Part shown: positions 13,201 to 26,282 of the stretch, in pieces
How positions within the stretch are numbered: position 1 is the stretch's first letter
Layout of the letters: every line of letters starts with the position of its first letter
DNA from: Paragordius varius
Taxonomy: Eukaryota; Animalia; Nematomorpha
Length of the DNA: 64,000 nucleotides
Direction of reading: 5' to 3'
NCBI GenBank assembly: GCA_964247055.1
Contig: OZ176050.1
Span: 13,764,001-13,828,000 of the forward strand
Position numbers and translations under genes: made by a program
The notes under the pieces: model-generated
The model's input: the letters and a program-made list of their open reading frames with translations, nothing else
Database searches by the model: none
Told to the model about the DNA's origin: nothing

Positions 13201-16200
13201 ATCATTGTCAAATACGTTCATATTTCCACTTCTAAAAAATACATTTTGTAAAAGGTCAAAGATATACCATTTAGAGTTCAAACCTTGAAAAATTTAAATT
13301 CACCCTCAAACAAAAATTCACCCTTGAACAATTTAAATTCACCTTTGAACAATTCATATTCACCCTAAAAATAAATTATGTATTTTCGAACTAATATAAC
13401 TCATTATTAATATGAAATATATGTTTATGCTATAGTTTATTTTTTCAGTTTTATTTTAATTTAAAACAAAATTTTTATTTTTTAAAAATATATAAAAATA
13501 TTGGTAATTTTTAATATTAAAAAACATATATTTTATATCAGGGTGAATTTGAATTGTTCGAGGGTGAATTTGAATTGTTTAAGGGTGAATGTGAATTGTA
13601 AATGGTATATTAATAATATTTTTACTTTTTTATTCCTAATTGTCCAAAATATTGGGCTTAAAACTAGAGTTAAAAAGATTTAAACAAGAATTCCAAGATA
13701 AAAATAATAATAATTTAAGCAAAAATTCTAAAAGGTATATTCGATACATACCCTTTTAAATCGCTTTGAAAGTAATCAGCTAGTATGGAGCCTCGTTTTC
13801 TTAGAGGATACCGCCGCATCGAATTTGTCGGAGAATTCTATTGCAAATTCGATATAAAAAGTTACGATTAAAAAAATTTGGCTACACAAAAAATAGGTAT
13901 TTTCACTATAAAATTAGATGAAATCAAAATAATTATAAAAAATTAGCCTTACATTTCTGGCCTCCATTTCATCACGATCATCCATGAGGCGTTTATTATA
14001 CTCCCTTTATTTCACACAAATATAATAATTATTAAATGCATATTTATCAATATTAACGATAATAAACCAATATAATGGCTAAAAATATAAAAAATGTCAG
14101 AACAATTTTCATAAATTACAAAGTATATACTATAGTTTTATTATTATAACTTAAATTGTAAAATCTTTTTATAATTTAAATACTTTAGCAATTCCAATTG
14201 TTTGCATAACTCCATTTTTTCAGCTTTGAGATTCTCGATCAACAGATCATCGGTCCTAACAGAATAAAAAGCGTTAAATTTTTTTATAAGGAACCGAATT
14301 AATTTAATTTCAAATTTTAATTCTTAAGACAGCGAACCTATTTCCTTGGCTAAGCATATTAGCACGGCACAGTTTTTCGTTCAGATTTTTGTAATCTTGA
14401 TTCAATTTTTCTTGATGCTTTCTACTTTCCTCCAAGTGGGATAACAGCAAGCTTTTTTCCTGTTAGCAATCATTATAATCATATCATTTCAAAATATATA
14501 TTAAGTAAATGCTCAATTGCAACAATAGGCAACCCGTTGGGTTGTCGTTAGGTCGCCCCAAAATTTCGAATTTCCCTTCATTTTTTCAAATGCGTGAATA
14601 TTTTCATTCTATAACCATTTTAGATTATGTTTTTATTATAATAAATGGTTTATTTTAGCTTTTTAAGACTTTTGTTTTTTTAAAAAAAGTATGAACAAAA
14701 TATCATAATCATAGATTTGATAAATTACACAAAAATTATGAATATAATTAAAAAAATCCATAGATGGCAAAAAATGCAGGCAATCCACACTATTATGTTT
14801 ACCCAAAAATATATAATTAAAATTGGCCACATATAGTGTTTTTAGAATTTTAATGCCCAGTTCATACGGATTAATTTATACTCAAGTAAATTTATATTTG
14901 AGACAGTATTAAGTTTTGGTGTGTCTTATGACAGACTCTTGATAAATAATTATACTGCTTACTATTTTTATTTTTTTAATTATAAATATACCTTTTGCAA
15001 CTTTTTGTTGATTCGGGCTTTTTCCGTTTTCGTTTGCTCTAAACTAGCCACTTTATCTTCCAACTGAATACAATATATATGAATATGTATTTTGATAAAA
15101 TATAATGATATTTTTGCTAGTTTTTAAATATTTTTTGAGCTTTAATTACATACTTCAATAGATTTTTTAAGCAAATTATCTATTTCGTCCTGTTTGGTCA
15201 ATATCATACGCCGTAGTTCTTCATTGTTGAAAGTTTCCTTGCGTTCAAACTATATGTGCACAAGTCAAAAAAAATTAAATTGAATTATGTCAAAAATATT
15301 CATTTTTATTTATGATTAATACATTTTTTCTATGCATTACAGTAAAAACAACAAACAACCAGTAAGGTTGTTATTGTATAATTTTTAGTACGTACTCTGA
15401 AGCACATAAAATGTTGTTTGTGGTCAAAAAATGTTGATTTTGAAAAAGTGTAAACTAAAAAACGTTTACTTACAATGCAACTATATGAGCAGATTTTTAA
15501 AAAATAAAATTAATTATTAAATTAAGCGATGAAATGCTTACTTCATGTAAAAGTTTGATACGTTCTGAACTTATTTGTCTTTCCGTGTCTTCATAAATCC
15601 GCCAAATCTCTCGATCAAAACTAAGGGATTTTCTAAGAATAGTAAAAAATTAATAAAAAATTATTTAACAACATATAAATGATAAAATAATGTAAATCGC
15701 GAGCCGCACCTTAGATCGAAACATTTGATGGGCCGCTTCGCAAAATATATGGAAATCAACAAATATTTATTAAACTAATACTGTAAAAACTACTTTTATA
15801 ACATTTTTTATTTCGGAAAGACTTCAGAATATTTGTTTTAAAACAACAATTTTTCTTAGATTTTCGGTGAAAAAATTCTCGCGAGCTGTGAAAATATTGT
15901 CACACCCCTGGTTTAGAATAATAAATTTTTACTGTTCCATCAGACTTTCTAAGCATTTTTTCTCGGTGACTTTGTGCGCCAAAACATCCAAAAATTGTAG
16001 GAGGAAAGAATTCATTTTATCAGAAATTTCTGGAACCTTTTCTTTCACACGTCCCAAAATATCTTCAAGATCCGATAAACTAAAAAAACCATTAAAAAAT
16101 TATTACATAAAAAATATAGTTTAATAGACCGCTTGACTACGTTAATATTTAAATGAGACTTCAAAGAAACACAGTAAAAATTAATTTAATACTATTTAGT

Positions 16201-19200
16201 TACCGAAATGGTAAAAAGGGGAAACAATTTTATAACTTCCGCCCTTAGTTTTATGGGTTTTAATTTTTAAAACCCATAAAAATTAGTTTATTATCTATAT
16301 TATATATTACACACAATTTAAAAATTTTAAATGTGGTTATAATTTTTTAAGTTAACTACGGTTGATAATCGATTATATATATAAATACCATAAAAATGTA
16401 AAAAAATTATTTGATAATCTATAATAATTTATGTTGATGTGTGTGTTTTTTAATTAAATTTTTGTTAAAATAAATGCATTTGTAATTTAAATACAGTAAA
16501 ATTCGGCTTTAAAATTAAACTCTTTTTAAAAAGAAAAATTAAAAAAGCAATGTTTAGAATAGTTGGTACTTGTAGTTTTGGAACGTTCTAGATATATAAA
16601 CTCTCCACAATAAGTTGGAATCGTGAATATATATAGTAAAGAATATCATGATTAGCTTAAATTTAGTGGATATATATATGCCTATTTTTGCATTTATTTT
16701 CTTTAACTTTCAGCTAATATAGTTGCTTATTTCCATGAATTTTATAGGCAAAATTTATTTCTAAGGAACTAGCATTGTAGTTATTTACTCCACTATTTAT
16801 AAACATCTTATTTGGATTGTAACGCAATATGATTTGATTACATTACAGTATGAATTCAATTATACGGACCAAAAGTAAAAATATAAAGATAAAAAAATTA
16901 TTTCTAAAGGCCAACCATACTATTTAATTTTATTTTTTTTATATATTATTGTTCGAAATTCCAATATAGGAAATATATATATTGGTAACACAATCAAATA
17001 TATATTTATATTAAAATTAATATTTTATACGGGAAAAACTAAGGTTGAAAAAAGTATGGTTTTCCTTTAGATTTGCCTTTTTGTTTTTACGTTTGGTCTG
17101 CATAATATTTATTTTACACTATTATTCAAGCATTTAAAAGCTTTTATTAGTTGTGCTTTCTTCTTAATTTAGCCTTATTTATCACAGCATTTTTGCTTAT
17201 TGCAATTACAAAGAACAAGAGTGTTTTCTGATTTTGGTAAAAAATTCATTTTTCCTTGATTAACAAAACATACATTGAAAATATTATTACAAAAAGTATT
17301 TACTTGATATTTTGTGATAGTGTTTCCCTTATTTCTTCGGCTACATTGTTTGGTTGTTCAACCAAAATGGAAGAGGATAGATTTTCAAGCATGCTAGAAT
17401 TTGTGCCATCATGCCAAAGCGTAGATGCATTTGACGTGTCATGTTCTTCAATGCTGTAAAATTAGGTTCAAACATTTTGAAACATCAAATATTGGGGCAA
17501 ATAATTATTTTTACGCTAAATTTGTATTATTTTATATCAGATTAACATTCTGTGACCTTTGGGGATAGTTTATATCCCAGAGCGATTTGAAATTTGTATA
17601 TCTTTAAAAGTGTTTAAGGTATTACGAATCTAATAATATGCTTTCTTTAGCCTTTTAAGCGCATTATACAAAATATTGTTTTTAACAATGTAAAATTAAA
17701 AAAAAAAATTTTTTTTTCGCCGTTTTTTCTTTAACTTGCTAAATGCTAAGCAACAATCAAATAAATTTATTTTATGATTAGAAGATGTAAATACATGATA
17801 TTTGATTTTAACATGAGCTGTTTGTTTCGATCGTATTTTGGCTGTCGCAATTTTAGACTTTAGGACACAAAACTGTAAAAAATATAAGCTTTTTTTATCT
17901 AATACATGAGAAAAAAATTTGTTAATTAAATTTTTACCAAAATAACTTTCAAAACAGTAGTTTAACGAAATTGAGATAAGGGATTTTAAACTACCCCAAT
18001 ATGTCTTCACGTACAAATAGTAAAAATGAAGTGTTAATACCTTGGTACTCAAACTGAGGCCCATGGGGTACATGGCCCTAGTGCTAATAGCATAAATATC
18101 TTGTGATATGCTTAAATGAAGTGTTATTAACTGAAAATGAATCACAGCTATACAAAATTATCAGTATTATATGTTGCGACCCTTAAGTTTTGTATGTATC
18201 ACTGCATCAATATCTTCCAATCATTTATATTACATATTGTCGATTTTTTGTTAACAACTTATCCGAAATCCAAAATTAACCTGAATTTTTTGAAAGCCGG
18301 TGTATGATCATTCCTTAGTAATGAATTCTGACTCCATACACTGTAAGCATTGTCTTGCCCAACCCTTTCCCGTGTGCCATTCTCATGTTTCCAATTACTC
18401 TCGTTCGGAGTGTAAAATATATTTTCCACGTCAACCATGGATTTTATCGGACTTTGCTGTTGACAAGAACTTTTATGATGTGTAGGGTGGCTATTGTTAG
18501 CATTGTTTTCATTGCTACTCCTGGCTGAACCCCGACTATTGGTAGGAGGAAATGAGGTTAACGAATCGTTCAAAGATTGTGTATGTAGACCACTCGTCAT
18601 TTCAACAGACGAATTAAAAGCTGGACATCCGCCCCAACCATCCAGGGATGTGGAACCCGCTGATATATTTCCTGAAGATCCAGTCGTCGGTGTTAGGGGG
18701 AGGATGTAACATGATTCTGCACTCCGAATTCCACTGTTTAATATGGGTCGACTCGGTTTATTAAAATAGAAATGAAATGGATCTGTGTCTTTTTTATCAT
18801 GCGATTCGGTGTTATCACCAACTTTTATACTATCGGATTTATTTATGATGTTATTGTTTGCAATAAAATTTTGTGTATGGATATCTGACCCTTTCATATC
18901 ATTAATTTGACTCGGTGGAGCTAAGGATTCACAATAGGAACTTTCATCATCCGTACTGCTTCTTGAGAGACTGTTTTTATTATGCAAGAATTTGATTGTT
19001 GTCTAGAAAAGCAAACAAAACAAATAATTTTAAAAAGGTGATTATATATTAGTGGTTCCTAAAATATTTGGATCGGAGTGTTCAATTTCTTTCGGTTTAA
19101 TATGCATGACTCAGTCAAAAAGTCTGTATCAATATTGATTCCTCTCAATCCAAAAATAAATCAATTTTTTGATATGGAAAAACCAATGATATAAAAATAG

Positions 19201-19527
19201 CAAAATTTGTATACATTTTTCTCTGGAAAATTCCTAATCAAAAACAACAATTCTATGGTTGATAATAATAATAGGTTTAATATTGTATATGAAAAAAAAA
19301 ATTAAAAAATTATATTTATTTGGAAAACCCTTTAAAAAAATGATTGCCATTTCACAAAAACGGTACGGGTCTTTGGCCATTCTTATTACTTTAATTGCCG
19401 ATTTTTAAATTGAAAACGTATTTACATAAATTTTTGGTTATCAAATTTACTCGTGAAATTTCCGGAAATACTATATATATACCTCAAAAATTGGATCTAT
19501 ATAAGCAAATTTCAAGGGATGTTCCAT
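7239..19527 (-). CDS. RASEF: Large Rab GTPase of the RASEF/CRACR2A/Rab44 type (low-complexity N-terminus, coiled coil, S/N-rich linker, C-terminal Rab domain), ~21 exons, ~1350 aa
   Basis: Rab domain exons: 10705-10429 (GDVGVGKT), 10111-10030 (VWDTAGQER), 9073-8959 (YYRKADAILLMFD), 8737-8630, 8070-7942 (LGNKMD), 7873-7797 (DVSAKTG), 7374-7239 (...MGACFSCTG*). Coiled-coil exons at ~16078-15930, ~15632-15541 (DREIWRIYEDTERQISSERIKL, resembling the RASEF/CRACR2A coiled coil), ~15249-15154, ~15063-14992, 14459-14338, 14255-14184, 14004-13953. Linker exons 13837-13752, 13231-12236, 11901-11836, 11748-11322. N-terminal exons 19002-18281 and ~17455-17299. First exon 19527-19483 (MEHPLKFAYIDPIFE) is tentative. 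The exact paralogue assignment is uncertain. Confidence 0.8.
8808..8950. mobile_element. Family A' short MITE
   Basis: 3x AACCAAACGAAACATT mirrored by AAATGTTGCGTTTGGTT; ends GACTGAAAAATGGTATAC. Confidence 0.65.
9557..9795. mobile_element. Family B MITE (right arm truncated)
   Basis: TACAGTAAATTT...TACGGACAAAAAGTAAAAATATAAAGACAAATATTT...AAAAAGTATGGTTGTCTTTTG. Confidence 0.75.
10919..11204. mobile_element. Family A MITE
   Basis: Same arms and core as 5848-6125. Confidence 0.85.
11917..12192. mobile_element. Family B MITE
   Basis: TACAGTAATAATTGAAATTATACGGACAAGGCGTAAAA...CATACTTT / AAAAAGTATGG...TTTGTCTTTATATTTTTAC. Confidence 0.75.
13263..13610. mobile_element. Family A MITE (extra subrepeats)
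   Basis: TATACCATTT...(AAATTCACCC)x4...(GGGTGAATT)x3...AAATGGTATA. Confidence 0.85.
15690..15910. mobile_element. hAT-like MITE fragment (one terminus)
   Basis: GCGAGCCGCA/GGGCCGC motifs and terminus TTGTCACACCCCTG followed by GTTTAGAA; resembles CAGGGGTGT-type hAT ends with TCTAGA-like targets. Confidence 0.45.
16845..17116. mobile_element. Family B MITE
   Basis: TTATACGGACCAAAAGTAAAAATATAAAGA...CAACCATAC / AAAAAAGTATGGTT...TTTTACGTTTGGTC. Confidence 0.75.
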
Positions 19528-19728
19528 TCCGACTTGTTCATTACATTAGTACTTCATTAGAAAAATTATGGTTGTATTATTGATTGAAATAAGGATTGAT
19601 TGATTCTGACAAAATATTTAAAAAATAAATAAAGATATATATTACAAATTTAATTTATATCTAATATTTTAACTAAAAATTATTACATATACCTTGAAAC
19701 ATAAACACTATAATTTTATAGGAATAAT

Positions 19729-19734
<6 letters not shown>

Positions 19735-19765
<31 letters not shown>
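19735..19765. repeat. (AT)n microsatellite
   Basis: Direct reading. Similar tracts occur at ~23675-23735, ~25435-25460, ~27180, ~46440-46468, ~51833-51860, ~55030-55062 and ~63935-63970. Confidence 0.95.
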
Positions 19766-19766
<1 letters not shown>

Positions 19767-21865
19767 TGACATAAAAAAAGTAAAAGGAGTATAGTCCCCC
19801 TTGAATAAAATTGCATTTCATGTAGGTCAATCTTATTTTACAATAGTTTCTTTTTTTTCAAGATCTTTTCTATTTTCCTTGAAATTTACCTGTGTAATTT
19901 ACCTGAGTCTGCATATGGTTTAAAAAATTTTCGAGAAAAAAATATGACAAACGAAATATGAATGATCAATTGACATAAGGTATTGTTGTAGTAGAACTTT
20001 TATTATATAAAATAAATGTTTCAAATTATCGGATTACGTTATTATTTTACATGTACATATATAAGAAATTAAAATAAGTATGCTTTTATTAAGCAAAAAT
20101 CATTCCATCAAGGATATCACAATTTTAATTACATCCTGTATCACAAATGTAATATTTGTTGGAGCCATAGTTTAAAATAACTTTTTTAAAATATTTATGG
20201 AAATATGTACATAGTTAAATGCTTAATTGGATAAGAAATAATATAAGAGAACTTTTTAAAAACCTTAAAATATATCATAATTTTTTTAGGAATTTGTTCT
20301 ACGATCCCCATTTTTAGCCTGATAAAATTCCAAGTTTTCTATTTTTATATCAGGATTTTTTTAATTCATCGATAAATACATATAAATATTTTCTAGCAAC
20401 AAGGTGTGAGGCTAATATAGAGACTACAAAGTAATCTTTTTATCTTTTTTTTTCATAAGCCAAAATTTTAAAAGTTATTTTTAAAATTGGACACCTAATT
20501 TAATAAATATTTCTTCTTATTTCATTGTTTAAAATAAATATGATTGATTGATAATAATTATTAATGATTGGGAGGAAAGAATATATTTTGACATTTATTA
20601 TACATAAAAATGATTTATCTATGTAAATTTTAAAAAGTTTAATTGATGATTTTTTCAATCCTTATTATATAACTGTATAGTGTAACAACGCTTTAAAATG
20701 TAAACCTAATAATAAAAATAGTTGTAAAAAACAATATATGTCATGTCATACATATATGCATAATTCACATGTAATCCAATATTTATACCATATATATAGA
20801 TATCAAAATATTTTTAATGAATATCGCTAAAACTTATAAAAAAACTGCACGCTTTTAAAAATAATTTGTCTGGCAAAAAGGCGCGGCGGTATTTAATAAT
20901 TGAACCCATACTTAGTGATGTTTTATAGTATTGAACTTTTTGAAAGTTTTGGAAACTAATTTTAGGTTAATTACATGCGAAATGTTAGTTTGTCGCCTCA
21001 GAATCAATAAAAAATGTAATCAAACCATGTATATTTATTATAAACACCGAAAAAGTCAAATTACTGTATACTAAATATATCTATCATCTGAACTGGATGA
21101 TTCGTTATTTTTCGCATGTATTTATCAAATAAAAATAAAATAAAAAAATTAAATAAATAGAACATAATCGGTATAAATATAGGGAAACTGTTAAAACTTT
21201 ATTAAATTTAACAATTGACACAGTCAGATTTTGTTCAAAATATAGATATTAAACTTTACCTCAAGGTTTAAAAGGTTCTTAAGCGATAATTCATTTACTA
21301 AAAATTTCAAAACGAAAAAAATATTAAAGCTAAATTTGTTATAAATAAGCCAAACAAACATGTTGTTCTATTATAACTAAAATTTTGAAATACGAATATG
21401 CACATTCAGATATTCCTAAAATTATTCAAAATGAATAATATAAAATCTCTAATGTGTGTATAAAATTTATCAGAAGGGACATCTCTCTGCCTATAAAGTC
21501 TTAGAAATACATGCAACAGGTTATGTAAACAAAACATAAAAAAATATAATTAAAATTATACAGTGTGTAATGGATACAATATTTTATATTCATTTGTGCA
21601 TTTCAATTTTTAGAAAGGCTTCATTCCCCCCTATCTTTCCATCCTTACAGAATGGTTTTTTTTCACGCTTTAAATCTATAGAGATATCAGTGTGGTTTTA
21701 AATTAAATTTATAGATATACACCTATATTTTATTTATTATACTAAATGATTAATATATGTTTATTAAATTTTTATCTTGATTGTAGTAAAAAAATATTTA
21801 ATTAAATTTCTAAATTATGTATAATGTTACACATTAGATATAGCAAACATATTTAGTATCAAATA

Positions 21866-22311
21866 CAGTTAAAATTGAAATTATACGGACAAAACGTAAA
21901 AATGGAAAGACCATCATATTTTTAAAAATTTGATTAAACATAACCTATCTTTTAGATTCGCTGAAATAGGGAATAGAGCTGTAAATTGTTGATGTACTTA
22001 ATTAAAACATAATTTGTAATTAAAAGTTGGAAAAATCAAGGTTTAAAATTACATAGTGGACTTTTAAAAAAATACAGTATGCATTTTAATGGTTGCTTAT
22101 TTTACACTAGAGTTGGCAAATTTACAACACAATAGTAGTTTGTGGAAACAAGAAAGAAAAAATTGTTTATTCAAAATTTTGTTGTTTTTTTCTACACACA
22201 CTCTGTGATGCAAATTGCCCAACTCTATAGTGTGAAATAAGCAACCATTAAAATGCATACTGTATTTGTCTTTATGTTTTTACATCTAGTCTGTATAATT
22301 TCAAATTTACT
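21866..22311. mobile_element. Family B MITE interrupted by a family C MITE
   Basis: B arms at 21866-22072 and 22265-22311 flank the C element. Confidence 0.8.
22075..22262. mobile_element. Family C MITE (~190-bp near-palindrome, TA TSD, Tc1/mariner-type)
   Basis: TA-CAGTATGCATTTTAATGGTTGCTTATTT...AAATAAGCAACCATTAAAATGCATACTG-TA. Confidence 0.9.
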
Positions 22312-22496
22312 AAAAATTAGGGTTGACCCAATTTTAATTTACAGCATAATCATGAGACATAGAATAAATAATTAATAAAGATCCGTATAATATAAGGTTA
22401 GAAACTGTCATATTTTTTTATAAATGTTTAAAATTGCTTAAATCTTATAATTTCACCAACAGTACTTAAAAAGAAGAATAAAAGTTAACCCCAGAA

Positions 22497-22679
22497 CAGA
22501 GGCGTAGCTAGAGGACGGGCGCCATAGTTAAAAATTTTTTTTTATTTTAAAAATTAAAAGTTATAAAAACATAATCACCTATTTATGAGTAGTGGTCATG
22601 ACCAGGGTTTGAATTTAATTATTTTCTTATAATGTAAGGGGAGGGGGCATCACAAATTCATGCACCGGCTATGCCTGTG
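22497..22679. mobile_element. 183-bp MITE with 12-bp TIR and 7-bp TSD
   Basis: CCCAGAA-CAGAGGCGTAGC...GCTATGCCTGTG-CCCAGAA; TIR matches 10/12, flanking direct repeat is exact. Confidence 0.75.
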
Positions 22680-23703
22680 CCCAGAAAGTTTATATTAACT
22701 AATGTAAAATCTAAAAAATATAGCATTATAAAATAAAACGTATCAGTCTTAAGAAAAGTTAATTTGGACTTATACATCTAACTATCGTAAATAATAGGTT
22801 ATTGCAATAATTATTTCAAAACTCACATCTTAATTTTATTAATTAACGGAACAGCTTTAGTAACATTAAGATTCGAGGAAAATAATTGTTTTTATAACCT
22901 AAAACATTACGCTAAAGCATGTTAACTATTAATTTACAAGATTTGTTGTTAATCATAATTTTTCTTTCGACATGGCGCCTACATATTCAAGTGTAATTCT
23001 TTCGAATTTTATTTTAATTGACTTTTTTGATTTGCCTAAAAAGCACTAATTGGTACTTTTATTTCGCAAATTTATTTGACAGCATTTCTATTGTTTTTAA
23101 CATTAAATTAAAAAGATTTTTGACATTTTTTTCCGTTGCGAGAAATAGTTCAAAGCCGCTTAGCAAAGCGAAGTCATCAAACTTTTTAAAACTTCTTCGG
23201 AGATGATTTTTATTTTAAAAGAAATGATAAATATTGAAAATTTTGACAAGATTAACACCAAATATCTACTTGGTATTCGTAATTTTTGTTTCAAATTAAC
23301 TATCAAAATATAAGGTGACATCTTTAATCTTGTGTCAAAAATTTAGCTCACACCTCATAAAAACATTACCAGCTAGCTGGTATAAAATAAAAAAAATTTT
23401 TTCAAAAAAACCTTTTAAAGTTAATGATACCTGTTCCTGTTGAATTCTAAGGATTTAAAATTGCAACAAAAAAATATGACTTGAATTCATTATAAATTAT
23501 TTTATGTTAAATCCAATCTTTATATTCAACTTTAACTTTTGAAAATTAGCGAACCATAATGTGACCGATTTGAATTTCTATACATTTTTCTCAGGGAATA
23601 AATAATGTATGATTGATAATCACTTGAATACATCACATAAAATACGCGCAATCTTTTTAAGATTTATAGACATATATATATATATATATATATATTGGCA
23701 AAA

Positions 23704-23739
<36 letters not shown>

Positions 23740-24621
23740 ATTTTGATTTCAATTGCAAAATTTTTTATTAGCGATAATGAAAAATTACGAGTAGTTAATA
23801 ATTATTTTGATCAATCCACACCTATGTAAACACACACACACACACAACATGAATAGTAAAAAATAGATATATATTTAAAAAAAATTAAAATATATATTGA
23901 TTTTCATTTATAAAATAGGGGGTAGGGGCCAGTCCAATTAAATATAATATCAGACTTTTAAAAAAATATTCAAATTTTTACACTAATTATCATTGTAAAA
24001 CTAACTTGAGACAGTAGTGTTAAAAATTGTATTAACTCCAAAAAATCAATCAATAATATGGCAAATGCAAACTAGATATGGAAGTTATATATTATCACTC
24101 TAACCTGCAATTACCATTAAAATTAGACTAAAACTGATTAGTTTTAAAAATTTACATCAAGATGCGGCCCAATACATTAACACGAATGGTTAAAAAAATT
24201 CTTTCTTCATCCATTTATTAAATGGGTATTTATGGGTTATCGAAACCAAGGTAAAACCTTATTTTTTTAATTATCATATCAGACATATGGCTTAATATAT
24301 ATATATATATAATATATATATAGCAATGGGTAAAAATTTTAAAATGTAATTTTTGAATTCTTTAGATGCGCACAACTCTAAAATCGCTTGTAAGCGGAAA
24401 AAATTAAGGGAATTCGAATGGTAAGCCTAATAGTGGCATCTATATTAAAGGCTTTAAATATATGTTAAAAATTTTTTAACTGTGAGATCGTTTCTGATTA
24501 AAAATTTTTTTATTGAACTTTAAGATTATGAAACAAAAAACATCCTTAAAAATGCAACCTATGAGTATGTGGGAGTAGAGAAGTTTAATAGAATTTTGAT
24601 TTAACTTATTTTTATAATTTT

Positions 24622-24870
24622 TTGAAAATTCAGGGTAATCGGACTAAAAAATTAAATATTTTGGGCGTGCTCATAAAAGCATGTATACTGTTTCAAATCC
24701 CATCTATGTGCTTTTTTCTCAGAACAACTCGTCTTAAATACTGGGGCCATATTGAACGCTCAAATGGTTGGATTAACAAAATTAAATTCTTTCATCCGAC
24801 CGGCACAGTTTAAAAGACAAGGTAGACCATATCATGATTGGGAAAAAATCAATCAGCCATGACCTAAACT
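24622..24870 (+). mobile_element. Decayed LINE (RTE-like) ORF 3' fragment
   Basis: Frameshifted translation RLKYWGHIER...FKRQGRPYHDW resembles the RL(R/K)W(A/F)GH...KR.RGRP..RW tail of RTE-clade reverse transcriptases. Confidence 0.45.
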
Positions 24871-25433
24871 TAACTCACTTGACCAAAAAGACGACTGTCT
24901 CGATCGCAAGTTTTTTCGCTCAAGAATTTGGAAGAATAGGCTTTATTCACAAAAACAAAAATATCAGTTAATTATATATGAAACAATTAATATATTTTTT
25001 GTGTCAAAATTATTTCTCTCTACTGTATTTACTTGTTAATGGTTCCATTCAAAGCTGAAAAAAATATTTGACAGTCTCTATTCAAATTCAACATCAATTT
25101 ATCACATATGTAGATTTGATATGTACTCAAAAAAGTACGAAAAAACGAGTAAATATATGCATTTTTAATAGAGGTAGCCATTAATCTTCATATTAACATA
25201 GCTTAATTTTTTTATTTGCTTATATTTTTTGCGTCAAAAAATTATATTTTGCATATTTATTATGAGAGGTCGACAAATATTTTTACATATAAGAAATAAT
25301 ACGTGTTAAAATAACAAACCAATTTTCACAGAATTAGAAAAAAGAAATGTAAAAAACCACCTTAGGTTAATTAACATTAATGTCCAATTGAGTTTTTTAT
25401 TATTTATGTATAAAAAATTATTTTTCATATTAA

Positions 25434-25466
<33 letters not shown>

Positions 25467-25769
25467 GCATATATTAATTTATAAAGTAATTATCATATTT
25501 GAATAAAAATTGATATCTAAAAAATACTCGTACGTTGGAAAAGTGTTAAGTTTTATAGTAAAAAGGGACTTGCTTGAAATTAATTATTCAAAAACAGATG
25601 ATAAATATTTTAATTTTTATCAGATATGGCATGAATAAAGCAGCGAATGTATCACAATTCTAAATTTCACATGACTGGATTAATCATATTTAAAAACTAT
25701 AATAATAACGAAATAAAAAACAAAATTTAAATAGATTTATGGAAGTCATCAAACATTTTTTATTTAAAC

Positions 25770-26282
25770 CACGGATGTGTTCAACATTTTGTACGGCCCG
25801 TGAAAAATTTGGAAAATATCATATAAATAGGAACTTGAAGGCGCGATGGTATAATAGGTAGGGCGCCGGACCCTTACACTGCGTGCCAGAGTTCGAACCC
25901 TGAAACTACGCAATTTTTCCATAATCTCACTGTCAGCCCTGGGCAGGTAGGCGAGTTTTAAAGCCTTCACATGTCTGGATACAATTTATGTCCTTACGCT
26001 TTAAAAAATTAGGAAAAAAGAGACTCTAAACTGCATATTTATCATATAATAGGAATTTCTGTAAATCGTTAAAATATTGCGATATCCTTGTGAAATTGAT
26101 TAGTCATAAATTATTTGTTTATAAATCTTTCCAAATTTGGCAACGAACGAAAAAATTTGGTGTTTTTATATTGTGTTCCTATTATATTTTACAGTTTTGT
26201 GATTGAAAATTATTAAAATATTTATTGATGGCCATATTTTTAATAAATGGATGCCCGCGAAGCCATTTGTTTGGACACCCTT
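25770..26282. mobile_element. hAT-like non-autonomous element containing a tRNA-like segment
   Basis: Left end CACGGATGTGTTCAAC...CGGCCCGTGAA, right end GCCCGCGAAGCC...TTTGGACACCCTT; the left end resembles the terminus at 15910. Confidence 0.5.

Noticed and set aside
17696-18145. 149-aa minus-strand ORF in a Rab intron, with a small GC hairpin at ~18057-18079
   Set aside because: AT-biased composition with no recognisable motif; flanking exons 18281 and 17455 already join in phase, and the in-phase reading from the 18147 acceptor hits a stop.
23020-23210. Possible exon or transposase remnant (LRRSFKKFDDFALLSGFELF...)
   Set aside because: No usable splice sites or recognisable domain.
25764-25970. 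68-aa minus-strand ORF as the 5' exon of the Rab gene
   Set aside because: It lies within a hAT-like element, antisense to the tRNA-like segment, and has no family motif.
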